64,000 nucleotides of DNA from Trichoplax sp. H2 (lineage: Eukaryota), in NCBI GenBank assembly GCA_003344405.1, contig NOWV01000109.1:124001-188000 (forward strand). The letters run 5' to 3'. This document shows, in pieces, positions 1-24,104 of this stretch; the first letter of the stretch is position 1; each line of letters begins with the position of its first letter. The position numbers were made by a program, and so were the translations under genes. A model generated the notes under the pieces. It did not search any database, was not told the DNA's origin, and saw only the letters and a program-made list of their open reading frames with translations.

Positions 1-731
1 TCTCACATCTCCTTATCGCTCTGAAATCCGGCTGATCTCGCATGTTCACGAAGTGGCTATCGTTTAAGTGTAATTCTTTCATCACACCTAACTGATATTT
101 TCTCTACTGTCCTTGTCATTCATTGTACCGTACATGTATGCGCTATCGTGAATCATCAAAGATCATAGATTTCACACCTATCATCCCTACTACTTTATGT
201 AGATTCTTTATTAATTAATTTTATCTATGCCGTCATAACGGTTTGAGATACATTACGAAAAAAAACCCAAATTTCCTACTTTAGCGTGATTTAGATCTTC
301 TTAACGATCCACTATTATTGACTCAATTTTCCTAGATGACAATCCAAACGCTAATCCTGTATTACAGTAATAAAGAAACGATGGATTTCTGTTCTTGATT
401 GCTAATTTCGAGATTGATTCACATCTAAGCAAAAAGTAGCTATGATTAATTATACATAGGCTAGTGTATAGTATAAAGCCAACAAATTAATTACTATTAC
501 AGTATTGAATGGCATCGTATTTCAATGAATATGATAATTAATAGATGATAAATAATAATGCAGGATAAATCTATATCTTGTAACGATAAAACAGTGAAAT
601 TGACTATCATTTCTACTATTGCTTATTACGTTGACTATTTTATAGTAGTATTTCATATTACTCTGTAAGTTTATCTATAAAATAGTAGCTAGGTATATAG
701 TATACTCTCCTATTTCAGTACTGTTATAAAA

Positions 732-935
732 ATTTCAACGTTATTATAAATTCATTGACAATACGGAGGAAAATATCCACTATAAATATTAAGCATTTTA
801 CTTTTGCACTCTACTGGTAATTAATAAATGTTATTTCAACGTTATTGTAAATTCATTGACAATACGGAGGAAAATATCCACTATAAATATCAAGCATGTT
901 ACTTTTGCACTCTACTGGTAATTAATAAATGTTAT
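732..935. repeat. Direct tandem duplication, 2 x ~101 bp, just upstream of the first recognised NRAMP exon
   Basis: 'atttcaacgttatt(a/g)taaattcattgacaatacggaggaaaatatccactataaatat...ctctactggtaattaataaatgttatt' starts at ~732 and again at ~833, near-identical. Confidence 0.9.
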
Positions 936-938
936 TGA

Positions 939-5145
<4,207 letters not shown>

Positions 5146-5829
5146 CTACATTACTTGTCTAAACTTATATTTAGAGATTATCCAAATTTAATTCCCAATT
5201 TTATCATTCAATACATCTCGTGATCTGACTAACATACTAGCGTCCTATTAATTATAGCTGTCCACGATTAATTTATTAATGTAAAAATATGGGAATCGCA
5301 ATTAATTTACATGTAATAAAGCCGATGGTATACTAATATTTAAAATTTAAAATGGTGATTGATCAAATACGCTTACATATGGATTGGACATATTGTTATT
5401 CGGCCCATCATCATTTCCTTATTATTACATTGTTATGAAGTATTTTTGTTAGTGTTTTGCAATTCATAATGTAGTCTAAGATTATTCTGTGTATAAAAGT
5501 GACCACCGTAGTAAAATACCTTGAAAACATTGCGTTGCCATAGTAGAACTTGACATCTATTCAGGTAATTGATTGTTTATCATCGATATTAAGATTACAT
5601 AACTTAAATTAGCTAATATCCACGCCTTGGCGTGAAAGAAGAGTGATGGAAAATTCAACAGACTTTCATAATGAATGGATTAGTTTAGATAGTTGAAATT
5701 ATTTATTGATGAATAGAATAATTTATGATTTGCAAAGAAATTTTCATGTTTTCAATACGTGGGACAAGGAGAGTTGGGTTGGAAACACTTTGAAATATAC
5801 ATCAAAGCACTTCTACTCGTATGTAATCA

Positions 5830-5962
5830 GTCTCTTTGGTTGCTTTTAAGAAAATTTTTAAAATAATACTGATCCGATAAGAGATCGAGAAGTACCGTTA
5901 ATTCGTTTCTTTGGTTGCTTTTAAGAAACTTTTGAGATAATACTGGTTTGATACGAGATATC
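5830..5962. repeat. Degenerate direct duplication of a ~55 bp segment (period ~75 bp) in the NRAMP-DDX42 intergenic region
   Basis: 'ctttggttgcttttaagaaa...ataatactg...gata.gagat' at ~5834 and ~5909. Confidence 0.7.
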
Positions 5963-6686
5963 AAGCTTTTCAAAATAGCAAAGGTCTAAGCCATGGCCAC
6001 TTGAGCATGAACTACTAAAAGAGAGTTAGTCGTCCCTGATCATGAGCTAGAGGAAAATACTGCATGATTGATGCATCATCTACAGTAGTAGTCGATATCT
6101 AAGCTTACAGTAGCAATGAGATGTATTTGCTGATTTTGGAAAGATCATCACTATGTTATCACTTTTCTTTTCATGGCATGCATCTGTAGTTTTAGAAGCC
6201 TAGTTCTATGGTTGAACAAGGCACTCGGGATGACAAGTAGACATTTTTTGCTACACTTTTAATGAAAGAGAGCAACTTGGACCTCGTTCACCAACAAGGA
6301 AGGCGAGGAGGCTGTTGCCATGACTTTGCATTGCTACCATACAAAATCAGTCTAGTGTACGGATATAGAGGTACAGCATAGGTGAAATAAAGAGCAAAAT
6401 CGTCCGCTTATTATACAGCCGCGCCACAGTACATTCAACGTCTTTCGAATTCTTACCACAGTACTCAGTACTGTAGTACCATAGGGTACACTCCGGTACA
6501 GTAGTGTACACTACAGTATAAGACACTTAATGTACTACAGTACAGTACAGTATATTGCAGCTGAAAATTACCATCGCATTCATTACCAGCTCACAGCTGC
6601 TTTCCGATCAAGAAACACGAAATAGACATCCAAATAATATTGGAAAATTCTCATTAGATATTGCCTTTGCCGTACTCGGTACAGTT

Positions 6687-12411
<5,725 letters not shown>

Positions 12412-13436
12412 TATTCAGTCTTCATGAAAACTGTATTTAGCTATTCGAAAACGTTTCTTAGTAGTTTATTACATGAAATGCTGTAGTATTAAGTAATTAG
12501 TTATTGAAGTGATGGTGTAAAACACAGTATGTACTTATTTCTACTGCTTACACTTTTATGTATATAAAACTAAGGAGGCTATTCCTTATCATCAAACAAA
12601 AATTCAATAATACTGAATAAGATGTCTCAATGAAATAAGAACTAATAATTTTTTTGGCGTTGCTTGTGCTTATTCCTTGTATTATAAACTTTTTATTCTG
12701 CTCCTTTCGGTATAAATAGGCGCCAATCCTAAGGCTTTGTACGACATATTACTTTACGTAAAGCCTTCCATATTGTCTCAACTAATTTTGTGATGTATTT
12801 ACGACCGTTTGATTCGATAAAATTGCCTGTAATATAAGCCATCTGATGTAGCAGGCTCGTGAATAGGTACAGCTGTATAAGATCCCTTGCAATCATGTTA
12901 ACAGTCTCATTAATGGCAATAAACTCAAGCATAAGACTAAGCCTCTATCAAACACTTAGGGACATAATTCGCTGGTGAACGCATGCTTCACGATTGCTTT
13001 CGCCCAAGTGTCGTAAAGTTAGAAACTTGTAACAATATCGCATTTATGGCGGCATCCCTACAGATAACAACATCCATATCATGCAACTAGGCATAGAATA
13101 CCGATGCAATAATATGGCCATCAGCTAAACCGTATAAAAGTTTCAAAACGAGAGCTGCTAGTAACACAAGCTGATTGGCCACATTATCGCCTGTTTCAAA
13201 AGATAAGCTAGTTTGCAGATGCATACGCCAGCGACAGAACAATGATATTATCGCATTACACAATTTAGGAAACAGATTTTGATATAAATCCAAAATATAA
13301 TATGATATCAAATATTAAACAATCAGACAACGAAATATGATAATATTATTACGGTAATAGTAAGCAAGAGCATTCAATATGAAACCTATTTCGTAAAGAG
13401 CTGGACGAGAGCCTACGCCTAACGGCGCATGCTTGA

Positions 13437-13450
13437 GTAACCATAGCAAC
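13437..13450. promoter_or_regulatory. RFX-binding X-box motif upstream of the uncharacterised gene at 13798
   Basis: GTAACCATAGCAAC fits the X-box consensus GTNRCC-N(0-3)-RGYAAC and lies ~350 bp upstream of the ATG. An NRF1-like GCGCATGC is adjacent (13425-13432). Confidence 0.6.
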
Positions 13451-13797
13451 TATGACAGCAACAAGTGGAATAATACTGAAAGATGATTGTTCCATCTTGT
13501 ATACTGAAAGAATAACGGGATAATAATTCTTATTAAAGCCTGTATTAATTTCTGACAATTACCTAGAAATCACTAACGTTTCAATTAACTTGATATTGAC
13601 CATTGCTGTTAGTCTAGATGATCTTTCTATAAACGATACTATTATCATTAAATCTTTGCAGTAATAAAAGTGCTATTTGGTACCTAACCATTGCAATTGC
13701 TTTCACATATGTAATTTGGAACCCTATTAAACACTTTACTTGAAAAATAGTGTTCATAGCGTTCAATTTCTCTATTTTAAATTATTAATCTGCAACG

Positions 13798-16700
13798 ATG
13801 AGTACGACTTATTCAAATCCGACGAATAACTTTACTAAAAGTAATCCTGGTAACGAATTCCGATCAGAAGGGGCATCACCGACTGGTTCTCGCTATGCAA
13901 ATCGAGCCAATGAATCGATGATTAGAAATAAAGGAGAAAAAACTGGATCCGTGTATAGGAGTAGTAAGTACACCACTAATTGATATGAAGAGCAAAGATT
14001 AGATTTGTTACGATGGCAATATAGCCCCAGTACTCTTAACAAGAGGACAGCACTTTGTCTATTTCCTGGTAGAAGATACCCATAGTGAAAGATTTAAGAT
14101 GGGGTGCTGTATGCTGCATACCTATTATTCTCTTGATTACAGGTCTTTCACAGTTGCAAACTTGATAATAGATTTAAAGGTTCAATTATTCCTTTGATAG
14201 ATAGTATTCTACAGCAAAAACTAGAGATTTATCTACTGTTGATTTATGTATTCTTTGATGGAAGGTACTCCGCATTAAAACACTTATTAACTAAACGAGA
14301 TAATCCCTACATACCTACTTAAGATGATTCAATTTCATAAAACAGTGTTAGTAAGATATTTTTATCGTATCTATCTGTTATTTTTGGTCATTTAGTACTT
14401 ACTAGAATATTAGATAGCAGTACTAGACCGCTACTAATTGATAAGAAGGGCAAAAATCAGATTAGTTATAGTTGAATATATATCCAGTAGCACTTAAAAG
14501 GAGCTGCAGTAGTTTGTATATTTCCTGATTGAAGATACTCATAGCGAAGGATTTGAAACACAGTATAGTAATTTGCATACTTTATTATCGCCGAATGGAA
14601 TATCTTTAATAGTCAAAGACTTGATAATAGATTTAAAGCTCAAATTATTTCATAATAGATGGTATTCTACAGCCAAAATTGGAGGGCATTCCCATACTAT
14701 AGATTTATTTATATTTCAATGGAAAGCACTGTACATTACAACGCTTATTAAGCAAGTGATATAATCCCTATGCACCTATTTGCGATGATTACATCTTATA
14801 AGACAATGTTAATAGGATATTTTTATTGAATTTGTCTATGTTTTTTGATCATGTAGTGGCTACTAGAACACCAGGTAGCCGTAGTAGCCGCACTCCGACA
14901 CCTATGAAAACTCTAAGTGAAACTGCTGAAGAAAAGACAGATAAAGATGAAGGATCTTGGAATACTGTACTGTGCTCAATTTTTTTATACAATAATGAAG
15001 TTATTTTTAGGCTACATTCCATGATCAACCGAAATAAGAAATCTAATTTCGTTACACTCATAATTTTAACAGAAAGGAAGTGATTCCAACGTTTTCAATA
15101 CACTATGTGATAGCGTTATGACTGGGAACGGATTACTACATAGCTCTGTAACTGAGGTAGTTTATGATACTATTACATTATTTCTGCTGGTAGCTTTAGT
15201 TCGACCTAGACATGTATGTAATTTGCATTAATACCGATATTATTTAGCTTCTGGATATTAAAGATGAACTCATCAAGCATAGCTTACCACCAAGTCTATT
15301 ATTAAGAATATTACTTACTACTAGTAGATTATTTCGAAGGTAATTCTATTAGAGCCAATAAATTATTTATTTTAAAATGATATCGATTAATATTATTAGA
15401 GATACGTACAGTCTTTTCTTCCTAGCTCTTCAAGGAAGAAATGAAAAGTTTCATTAATAGTATATTGACATTTCTTTACAGCTAATAAATATTTTATTGA
15501 TGTTTTGACCTATTTAGTGTGGCCGATTTAAATATTCCACTTAATGAATTGGTACGATTGGTCCGTATGTATTCAGTACCATGGGAAGAAAAAAGTGAAG
15601 CCTTGAAAAAATTGCATGCTGACTACGATAGTAAACTTAGGCAATTAAATGTTGCGTTGCGCAAATTAGAGTTGGTTGCAGTTCATGTGCGTTTCTTGTT
15701 GAAAAAAGCATCATTATTAAGAAAACTATGAGCAAATAGAGTAAATTAACTTTATGAATTACAACAATTACAGGCAGAAAGGATGCAAAAAGAGCAAAGC
15801 ATTATGCATTGGGAAAGGATGTATATAAAAACAATGGTAAAATTAGATATTTCTACTTTACTTAAGGACTGGGTATTGTTAACTTTAACTGCAAATGCAC
15901 ATTAAACTAATTTGCTAGAAATAATTTATAGAGCGACCTATATCTGCACTTTACGTAATGGTTGAATTTATCATTATTTCAAGTGATATAAAGAGTAACT
16001 AAAAATAGTTATGTAAAAACTTATACGCCAAACGTACCTAACAGCTTCATCTATCTTAATCTTAGTAGTACAGCGAAATACTATAAGCAGTTACAAGATA
16101 GGTCTACTCTGTTTATAAAAGTCAACCATAACCTCTGTCATATACTAGTTAGCTAAAATATTCTTAAGACATTTGATCCCACTAATTTGAGTTGCTACAG
16201 CATATTATATTTTTACTTTATAATTATATGAAAAACGCAAATATAACCTTTCATAGTAAAGGCTTTAAAGTAGATGGCATTTCTTAAGGACTATTGTGAT
16301 CAGGCGTAAATAATATAACAATTTCCTTTTGTAAAACAGCTTTTTCATTCAGTGATGAAATAATCTGATTACGAGACCAATCGCATAAAGATTTAATACC
16401 TTATAGTACTCATCTTCCGAGAAATTCATAGCAGTATATCTAATTTGTTTCTGTATTCTAATTAGACTGCTTCTGGTCGAAGTAGAAGATGGAAATTTCT
16501 TATCCCATCATTTAAGAAAAAGATTGAGCAAGGGTAAGTATTCCAAGGCAAATGTTGATTCATAAAGATTAGAATTATGCAGTAATTCATTGGCTTTTAG
16601 CTCTAATAAATTTGTTTATATGAAATGAAATTAAAATTTTCAGCATGGTACTTACTTTAATTACGTATTAATAGGGTGGATGTATATAATTACTATGCGG

Positions 16701-19700
16701 ATCCAAACGATGATGAAGAAGTAAATATGGCTGATCGACAAGGTAAAATAGGCAATTCTTTACGTATAAGATTGTATCACCAATAGCAATGTTGAAAACA
16801 GTATCCAAGTAAAACAGAATTCTACTCATTAACGTGACATATTATGATTTTCATAGATCGCTTAACTAGTAGTCTTGATGAGAAAATAACCATCGACCCT
16901 GGAAGAAGCATTACTTTAAAAATACAAACTGATACATCTGAGATGGATAGGCCGGAATCGCAAGTTATTCGGCCAAGTTCCAGACAGAGCGCTCAAAGGT
17001 AATGAATATTCTCTCGAAGGAATCTGATCTATTTTTTCAACCAGAATCACACATATCTTGCTATTCAACAAAATCTACCGACATCAATATTCTTTTAATT
17101 GCATGTGGTCTCCAATATCAAACTTAAAAATAACTTAAGTCTTAAGATGAGCATATTTAACTATGAAAATAATGATGAAAATTTAGACTAACCGATACAA
17201 CTTTACAGCGCTTTTAATAAATAGTGAATTGCTTTAACGTGCAATCCAGTAAGATATTTCTTCTCAGCATGTATTAAAAAGTTTTATGCTACTTCAAATA
17301 CGTTTTCAAACTATTTCATTGCCTTTGAACTGACCTGCCGTAGCTTTAATCAGTAACAGTATTTTACTTATTGCTATTGAACTAATCAATTCTATGTTCT
17401 ATTTATATGTATAGTGCTGATAGTGAAAAGAAGGCAGATTCAGTTATTTCAGAAGGTAACAGAATTTTAAATTATTTTACTTTAGAATAGATAATCTCAC
17501 TATCTTCTTATTTCTAATTGGATATAACCATCAATGCTTTGATAACTTAGGCGATTTAATGTTTTATCCATAGGCTTCGAACATGACCTTTTAACTAAAT
17601 TTAAAAATAGCCGAATGTCTGGACTAGATTTGGTAGGAGTTTATATTCGTATTCCATCATTTCTAGGCTGTACTAGATGATGAAACTGATTCAAATAAAT
17701 TTCGAATGGTTCATTAATTGTACAATTTATTATTGGTATTCCAAATTATTAGTCCTCTGCTGATGGTATGGATACTATGCAGAGAACTTCATCCAGTTTC
17801 GATCTGATTACTGATCCCACAACTGATCTTAAAGCTGCATGCGTACCCATGGAAGATGCAGGCACATGGACCCATGAACGAGAATTTGAAAAGTAAGTTT
17901 AGATCTTACATCATGAAAAATAACCACTTTACTCTATATCAAAATGAGTGTTCTTAATATCTCGAGAATTATAGTTATAATATCGTTTCAGTTGGTAATA
18001 AATAATTATTTAAATTTGCTCCGTTATCCAAATACAATATTACAACATTCTTTCGTTTTGCTTTGATAGGTATATGCATATTAAATTATATAAACCTGTT
18101 GGCTTTAAAGGTATCATCATGATAGATCGATAATTATTTCAATTTGAACTGATCTCCATTTAATCTATTAATCCTCGTGATGGGAAGTAAGCTTTACTAC
18201 TATTTAAAATATAGATCGGTCATTCTCTTGTCATCTACAAATTCGTGGCAATTCCTTTAAGAGTCGAACCTATGAGCGAGAACCAACCCATGATTCAAAT
18301 TCATTTAATGATAAAAAACGGAATCGAGGAAGTTTAGTCGGTTCGAAAATTGCAACCAGTTCTATCATCCGTGAAAAGCGTAAAATATTACTAGATAGAA
18401 ATACTTTGGCTGGGCTTGATATTAATGAGTAAGTAGGATGTGATTTCCGTTCATATGCGATGATTCAGTATATTAACAGTGAAATAGCTGTGGAATCCGT
18501 GAGCTCCTTCTTTAATTGCTTAATACTCCTCCTCCTACTTTGCATTTAGTTACGAAGAATTTATTGTTCACATACCTCACGATCCAAACAAAAAGGATAT
18601 AGACACTGATAAAGTAGAAGAAAATAATCCTGATGACCAACTTAGTATAGCTATTCATGACGCTGTTAGCCGAGGTATCATCGCCGTGGCTACGATTGAC
18701 ATGGACGATTTAAAAATATTGGTAAGAAGTTTAATTATTACATATCGATAGTGGAACTGCTAGTATAGTAGTAAGGAAAAAATTAAGAGGTATTATAAAT
18801 TAGCTATTCCAGTATGTTCATTTAAGGCATCTTCTAGTAGATTATTGCCTTTGGTTCGATTAAGCATACTAAGCTTGATAGAAAACTAATCGGATTTTGC
18901 TTAACCTATAAAATACTTTCAGACAATTGATGAAGGAGAGGTGAGTGAAGATGATGAAAAAGAAGCTGATAAACGCAAAGATAAACCTACACATGACGCC
19001 AAGCCAACCCTATTTCCACTCTATTCTACTCACCAAACTGGCATTAATTCACCACCCCAAGTTGGACAATTACCATTAGCATGCTATTGGGTAAAATTCA
19101 AATTTTAATTATAATCGCATTTCCGAGTTATATACCATGCGATAATTATCATGATTCATTGACGATCATAATCAATTAATACTGTATTTATGATTTTCGA
19201 TTATTTCTCAATTAGGAATATTGCGAAATGTAAGTTATGATGAGCTTTAACGCCTAGGAAGAGATGAGTATCAAATATTATAACTAGTTACTATTTAAAC
19301 TCATCATTCAGGCAGCTAAATGAGTAGGAATAGATACTTGAGCACTAAGCCGATAAGTTAGCGATTGTAAATCAAGTTGAACCCTATCGGAATTTATTTA
19401 ATTACGTAGCTGATTTAATCTTACGAATAATAGCGAATTAAATTAAAAAGAAAGACATTTACATATCCCACCAAGCCAATAGGATCTACTATTTTCCTAT
19501 CGACTTGTACCTGATACATCATTGCCTTCATGAATAGATATCGTAAAATGATTTATCAGGATAAATGGATATTTAGTGAAGAATTTATTTAACTTAATTA
19601 TTTTAGCTTTGGAGATAGAAACATTCTGCTAATATAACTATATCAATAAAAATAGTTAATTGTACATTAATTTAATTAATGTATCTAGGAAGGTTCTTTA

Positions 19701-22700
19701 ATTTGGAGTAGATCTTGTAATTATTTCTGTTAGCTTGTGCTGGATACACTGTTGCCTTTATGAGTAGATATTTTAAAGTCATTTATTCTGATAAGTAAGA
19801 ATTAGTGAAGAATTAAAGCAATTTTCAAAGTAATTTATCAACATAAATGGATGTTTAGCCAAGAATTTAGGAAATTTTTGTGCTTAACTGCTAGGATCAT
19901 TCTGCAAATCTAACTCTATCGATAAAACAGTCAATTGTACATTAATTAATTAATGCATCCAAGAAAGCTCTTAAGTTGGATATGATTGAGTAAATCCAAA
20001 TCAAATATATATTGTAATTAACTTCATAATGGTTGTTCTATCTTTCTATTATTCTATTCTCAGCTTTAAACATCGGAATCAGAGCACTGAAACCTTACCT
20101 TTTTATGAGTATGTGACAATATCTTTCTAGAATTTTAAAACCGATATTATTTAAAAAGCTGTAATCCGCAAATAACGGAAAACTTGCCATTTAATCCTAT
20201 TTTCGTAATATTGAATTATAACAGAATGGTTAAAGAAGTAACTGGTTTCGATATCGAGTAAGTTTTACTCGTAAAGTCTAGTATATTTTATATTCAAACG
20301 TGCTAGCGACGCCATAATTATGAAAACTAACAATGCTTGATGTGCCCATTTCTAGAGAGGAAAGGAAGAAGATAGCGTCATATGAACTGGAAAGAGTAAG
20401 TTATAGGCTCTTACGGACCCTCATTATAGGCTTTATGTAGCTTAGACTAGTCCGTATATATGACAAACACTGTAATAGCTTTCCTTTTAGCAATTTTTGA
20501 CGTAATATATCCTTTATATCGATATGATAGGTGGCATCTAAGGCCGAAATGAATCGCTTAAAAGCACAATATATGGAAGATATGGAACACGTACAAAGCG
20601 ATTATGCGTAAGTCCTATCCTATTGAAGAAGAACTTACTTTCACTTCTTATATTATATTATTAATTGATCAATAAAACTCCTACAGCAAGCGATTTGAAA
20701 CAATGACAACATCACTAAAGCGAGCAGAAGCTGCTAAAAAGAAAGCGGAAATACAAGCCGCAACACGTAAGAACTGATGCAAATTTTCCATATATATTTA
20801 TATAAAAATAAAAATCGATTGTACTGATACTGATCCTTTATTTATTTTCCGATTTCTTATGATTCGACATTAGGTCAAGTGAAACTGAGATCGCCAGTTG
20901 ATGTAAGTTTAATCATATTTATGATGGGCTGTAGAATATTCTTGCATTTAATAAACAATCATTTTAATAAATAAATTTATGGAAATGAATCTTTTCTGTA
21001 TACTATCAATAGCCATTGCCGCCACCTAAATCGCCGACTAATCCTCGCAAGTAAGTATTAATGCAGTCTAATTAAAGTTGCTAATAAATTAGTGACTATG
21101 GAGGTATTGAATCGATTTTATCTTACAGGTACGAAAAGATTCGATTAAAAGTTGACGAATCTCCTAATCCTGCCTACAGTAAATTGCCGGAAAACTTGCC
21201 AACAGATGTACGTTTCTTGCTTACTAATTTAGTAAACGATGTGTCAAATTTGCTAGATAGGATACAATTATGAATCCGATTTTTCTTATATCCTCGAATT
21301 AAGTCAAATAGTAATATGATCGAATACCATATTGACAGTTTTGACACTTTTATCACATTTTTCGCGAAGATGGGCTGTAATTTAAGGAATTAAGTAGTGG
21401 CTTACTTGATCCAATTTATATGCTTAAACTGGAATTCAGTTTCAAGCATATAAATCTTCCTTCTATTTGCTTTGCTAGATTAAAATACGATTTACTTTAC
21501 TATCAATGGCGTGCGTTACTGTCACTACGAGCAGATATAAATTCTCTTTCTGACCCTGGTTTATTAAAATTTTAGCTATTGAACTCAACCGCATTTATCA
21601 ACTATATGTTATACGTGTACGTTGGCAATCTCAAGCTCATTTAATATGGATATTTTTTGATGTTATGTAGTTTTTTGAACGCATGGATCATTTTACGCAA
21701 GAGAATAAGCAGAAGCAAGAAGAATACAGGCTTAGAACACGGGAAGAGGTAGAGTTATCTTGAATCTGAATCATCATCAATTTAAAAACTTGTATATTAA
21801 AACTCATTTTGGAGACTGGTATAAACATTACTAGAATGTTATAAATAACCTGATGGCGTAGTATATAGAGGCGATTTTAATGAAAGATTAAATGGATTAA
21901 GACCATATTTGCAATGTTAGGTTCGACGAATGTACGAGGAACGATTAGCGAGTCAGTTTCTTTTGGCTAAAGAAAGTGAAGAAGAAATTGCAGCTGCTGG
22001 TACTTTATTTAAACGGATAAATTTTGATACTCCAATATCTTAGAGAGAAGAGATTAATCAGGAATCTATATTTTTGCTTTTGTAGACGTTTGCCTGCCTG
22101 CTCTATTCATGCCTACACAACTTGGGCATGTCTATAATCCACGGGCTCATTTATACTTTAATCCTTCAGGTAAGATTGATGTTAAGATATACTAGTATAT
22201 TGGCTTGATTCAACCCCTAGATAATTAGTAATTAGTTGCTATCGTGTCGATTACGACTTCAAACTTTTTACACCTACGGTTAAGCATCTCGTACCAATAA
22301 AATTAACACACTTTAGTTACGAATATCCGAAACCAATTAAATAAAAATGGATTCAAAATTATGGAAAATTTATGTTTTAATTAGGCTCCAGAGAAAGTCG
22401 CATAACTCAACCACCGTCGATGCCTAACTATAAGCTACCTGAAATTCCTAAAACTGTATCTGGATTCTTAACTATAGCTTATTGAATATGACTTTAAATC
22501 GATATTATTAACATTAATATTTAAGGCAATAATGTAAGATCTTAAACCTTATGTTTTCTACAAAGTCTTATTTACGGCCTAGTTTAAGCTATATTTAGAT
22601 AATTTACTCGAACAACACATTACAATTTTCTGATTATAAATTTTAGTTATTATACAATACTATACTTTCATAACATAACATTTATTTTATTTCAAGCTAG

Positions 22701-23361
22701 AGCTAGATCATTTTAATTCTCATAGCGACCTAGTGTCTATGATAATCTACTTATTATCTACCACTTGCAGCTAAACAATTAGTTCTTGTAACATCTACGT
22801 ACTGATTATGAGTTATAGCAGTTATTTAACCCTTATAATACTATATCCTTAGTTACCGTCTGTTTGATTCAAAATTGCAGTAAAAAAATATAGCACTTTA
22901 ATTTCTAGCCTTGCCTATAGTATAGCTGACCGTAATTAAGTCATTAGGGTTATAACATCTAGATCTCGATTACAATCAATTTATTTCAAGTTAAGGCTAA
23001 GCTATTTTGCTGTTATAACACCCATATTATCATCAAATCTAAACTTTAGTTCTTACTTAGTTTGCTGACTTTTAATTCTACTATGATATAAGCAAATTAT
23101 TTGTCTGCTTAATGCAACTAGAATCTAGCAATGTTGTTCTTAACTTAATCACAGCGTCATTTGCCGATCGTCAATCTGTTTGAGATCAGCCAGTCTATGG
23201 CGAATGAAGACTGGGCATGGGCTAATAGTAGAGAATATTGGGAATACTCGACAACAGAAGAAAATACAGATTTTGCAACTAGCCCATCTAAACAATCACA
23301 AGGACAAACTTTAACAGCAGAATCATCGTCTCATAATGATTCAACAAGTTTAACAGAATAG
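13798..23361 (+). CDS. Uncharacterised protein (~30 exons, roughly 900-1000 aa): N-terminal coiled-coil, central C2-like beta domain, second coiled-coil, and a conserved-looking C-terminal block
   Basis: Continuous-frame splicing from ATG 13798 (exon 13798-13963) through 14857-14966, ~15073-15156, ~15248-15339, ~15518-15686 (VPWEEKSEALKKLHADYDSKLRQLNVALRKLE), ~15774 (HWERMY), ~16467 (GRSRRWKF), ~18070-19090 (YMHIKLYKP...FSCHLQI...YEEFIVHIP...LSIAIHD...IIAVATIDM...VGQLPLACYW), 14-nt exon 19216-19229, ~20064-21228, ~21671-22455 (FFERM...DVCLPALFMP...YNPRAHLYFNPSG...RITQPPS), last exon 23155-23361 (TAG). I do not recognise the family. Confidence 0.8.
13964..14890 (+). repeat. ~461 bp tandem duplication covering intron 1 and the start of exon 2 of the uncharacterised gene
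   Basis: Homologous blocks offset by ~460 bp: 'ctaattgata.gaag.gcaaa.at.agatt', 'acttgataatagatttaaag', 'ataatcccta', and acceptors 'ttggtcatttag' (AG 14394-14395) vs 'ttgatcatgtag' (AG 14855-14856). Confidence 0.85.
19500..19985. repeat. Degenerate intronic direct repeats
   Basis: 'ataaatggat.tttag..aagaattta...cattctgc.aat.taact.tatc.ataaaa.agt.aattgtacattaatt.aattaatg' at ~19561 and ~19843; 'gataca....tgcct...atga.tagatat' at ~19512 and ~19743. Confidence 0.65.
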
Positions 23362-24104
23362 CTTGGTGAAATTGCAAACAGATTTTCTTACTACTTCCTA
23401 TGATTATTACTCTCTACTCGTAATTAACCGGCGAAGCATATTCTATTTACGAAGGCTTTAGTGTTCAGTTTCGCATTAGCTGATACAAAATGATTGACAC
23501 TAACTTCCATCTTATGCAAATTAAAGAATTATCTTATTATTATAAATATGAAATTACACCTAAATTTTTACCAGTTAAACTATTTCATTTTATAAAGACA
23601 AACTTTCCTACGCATATCCTATGTAAAGAAATTTATCAATGTTTCAAGTACTAAAATCGTATTAATAATTATGATTTTAAATTCATATATATATTTATAG
23701 ACAGATTTGAGTGTACATTATATGAGGCTATATGAAGCAATTTTATTACGTTCTATTTTATTCTATCTCAGCTACAATAAAACTTGATGGATTCGAAGCT
23801 CGAATTCAATAATTACATGATATCAATTGAACTATCTTGATGTTCCATTTTCCAATTGCAGATAGAATTAAAATACGACGAGCACGATTTCGTTTCAATT
23901 TCGCTAATGCACTGAATACAACAATGGAATAAAATAGCTTTCCGCCATCAAATAGATATTTTACTCAAGATTTCTGTAAATGATCGCATATCAAGCCTTG
24001 CTAGTCAAATTAGAACTTTGAGTTATATAATCTAGCTATTTCAAGGTCACTTTTTTTCTCAAAATTAGCCATTAGCATAAAATACAAATGAGCTTGGCGA
24101 TAGA

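Noticed and set aside
336-398. Possible NRAMP start exon (ctag ATGACAATCCAAACG...)
   Set aside because: The frame closes after ~20 codons and I found no convincing donor joining it to 993; the true 5' end is unresolved.
5146-5700. Iron-responsive element in the NRAMP 3' UTR, as in vertebrate DMT1
   Set aside because: No CAGUGN loop with a flanking stem was found by eye.
12729-13558. Short minus-strand ORFs between DDX42 and the uncharacterised gene
   Set aside because: No recognisable motifs or consistent splice structure; likely chance ORFs in UTR or promoter DNA.
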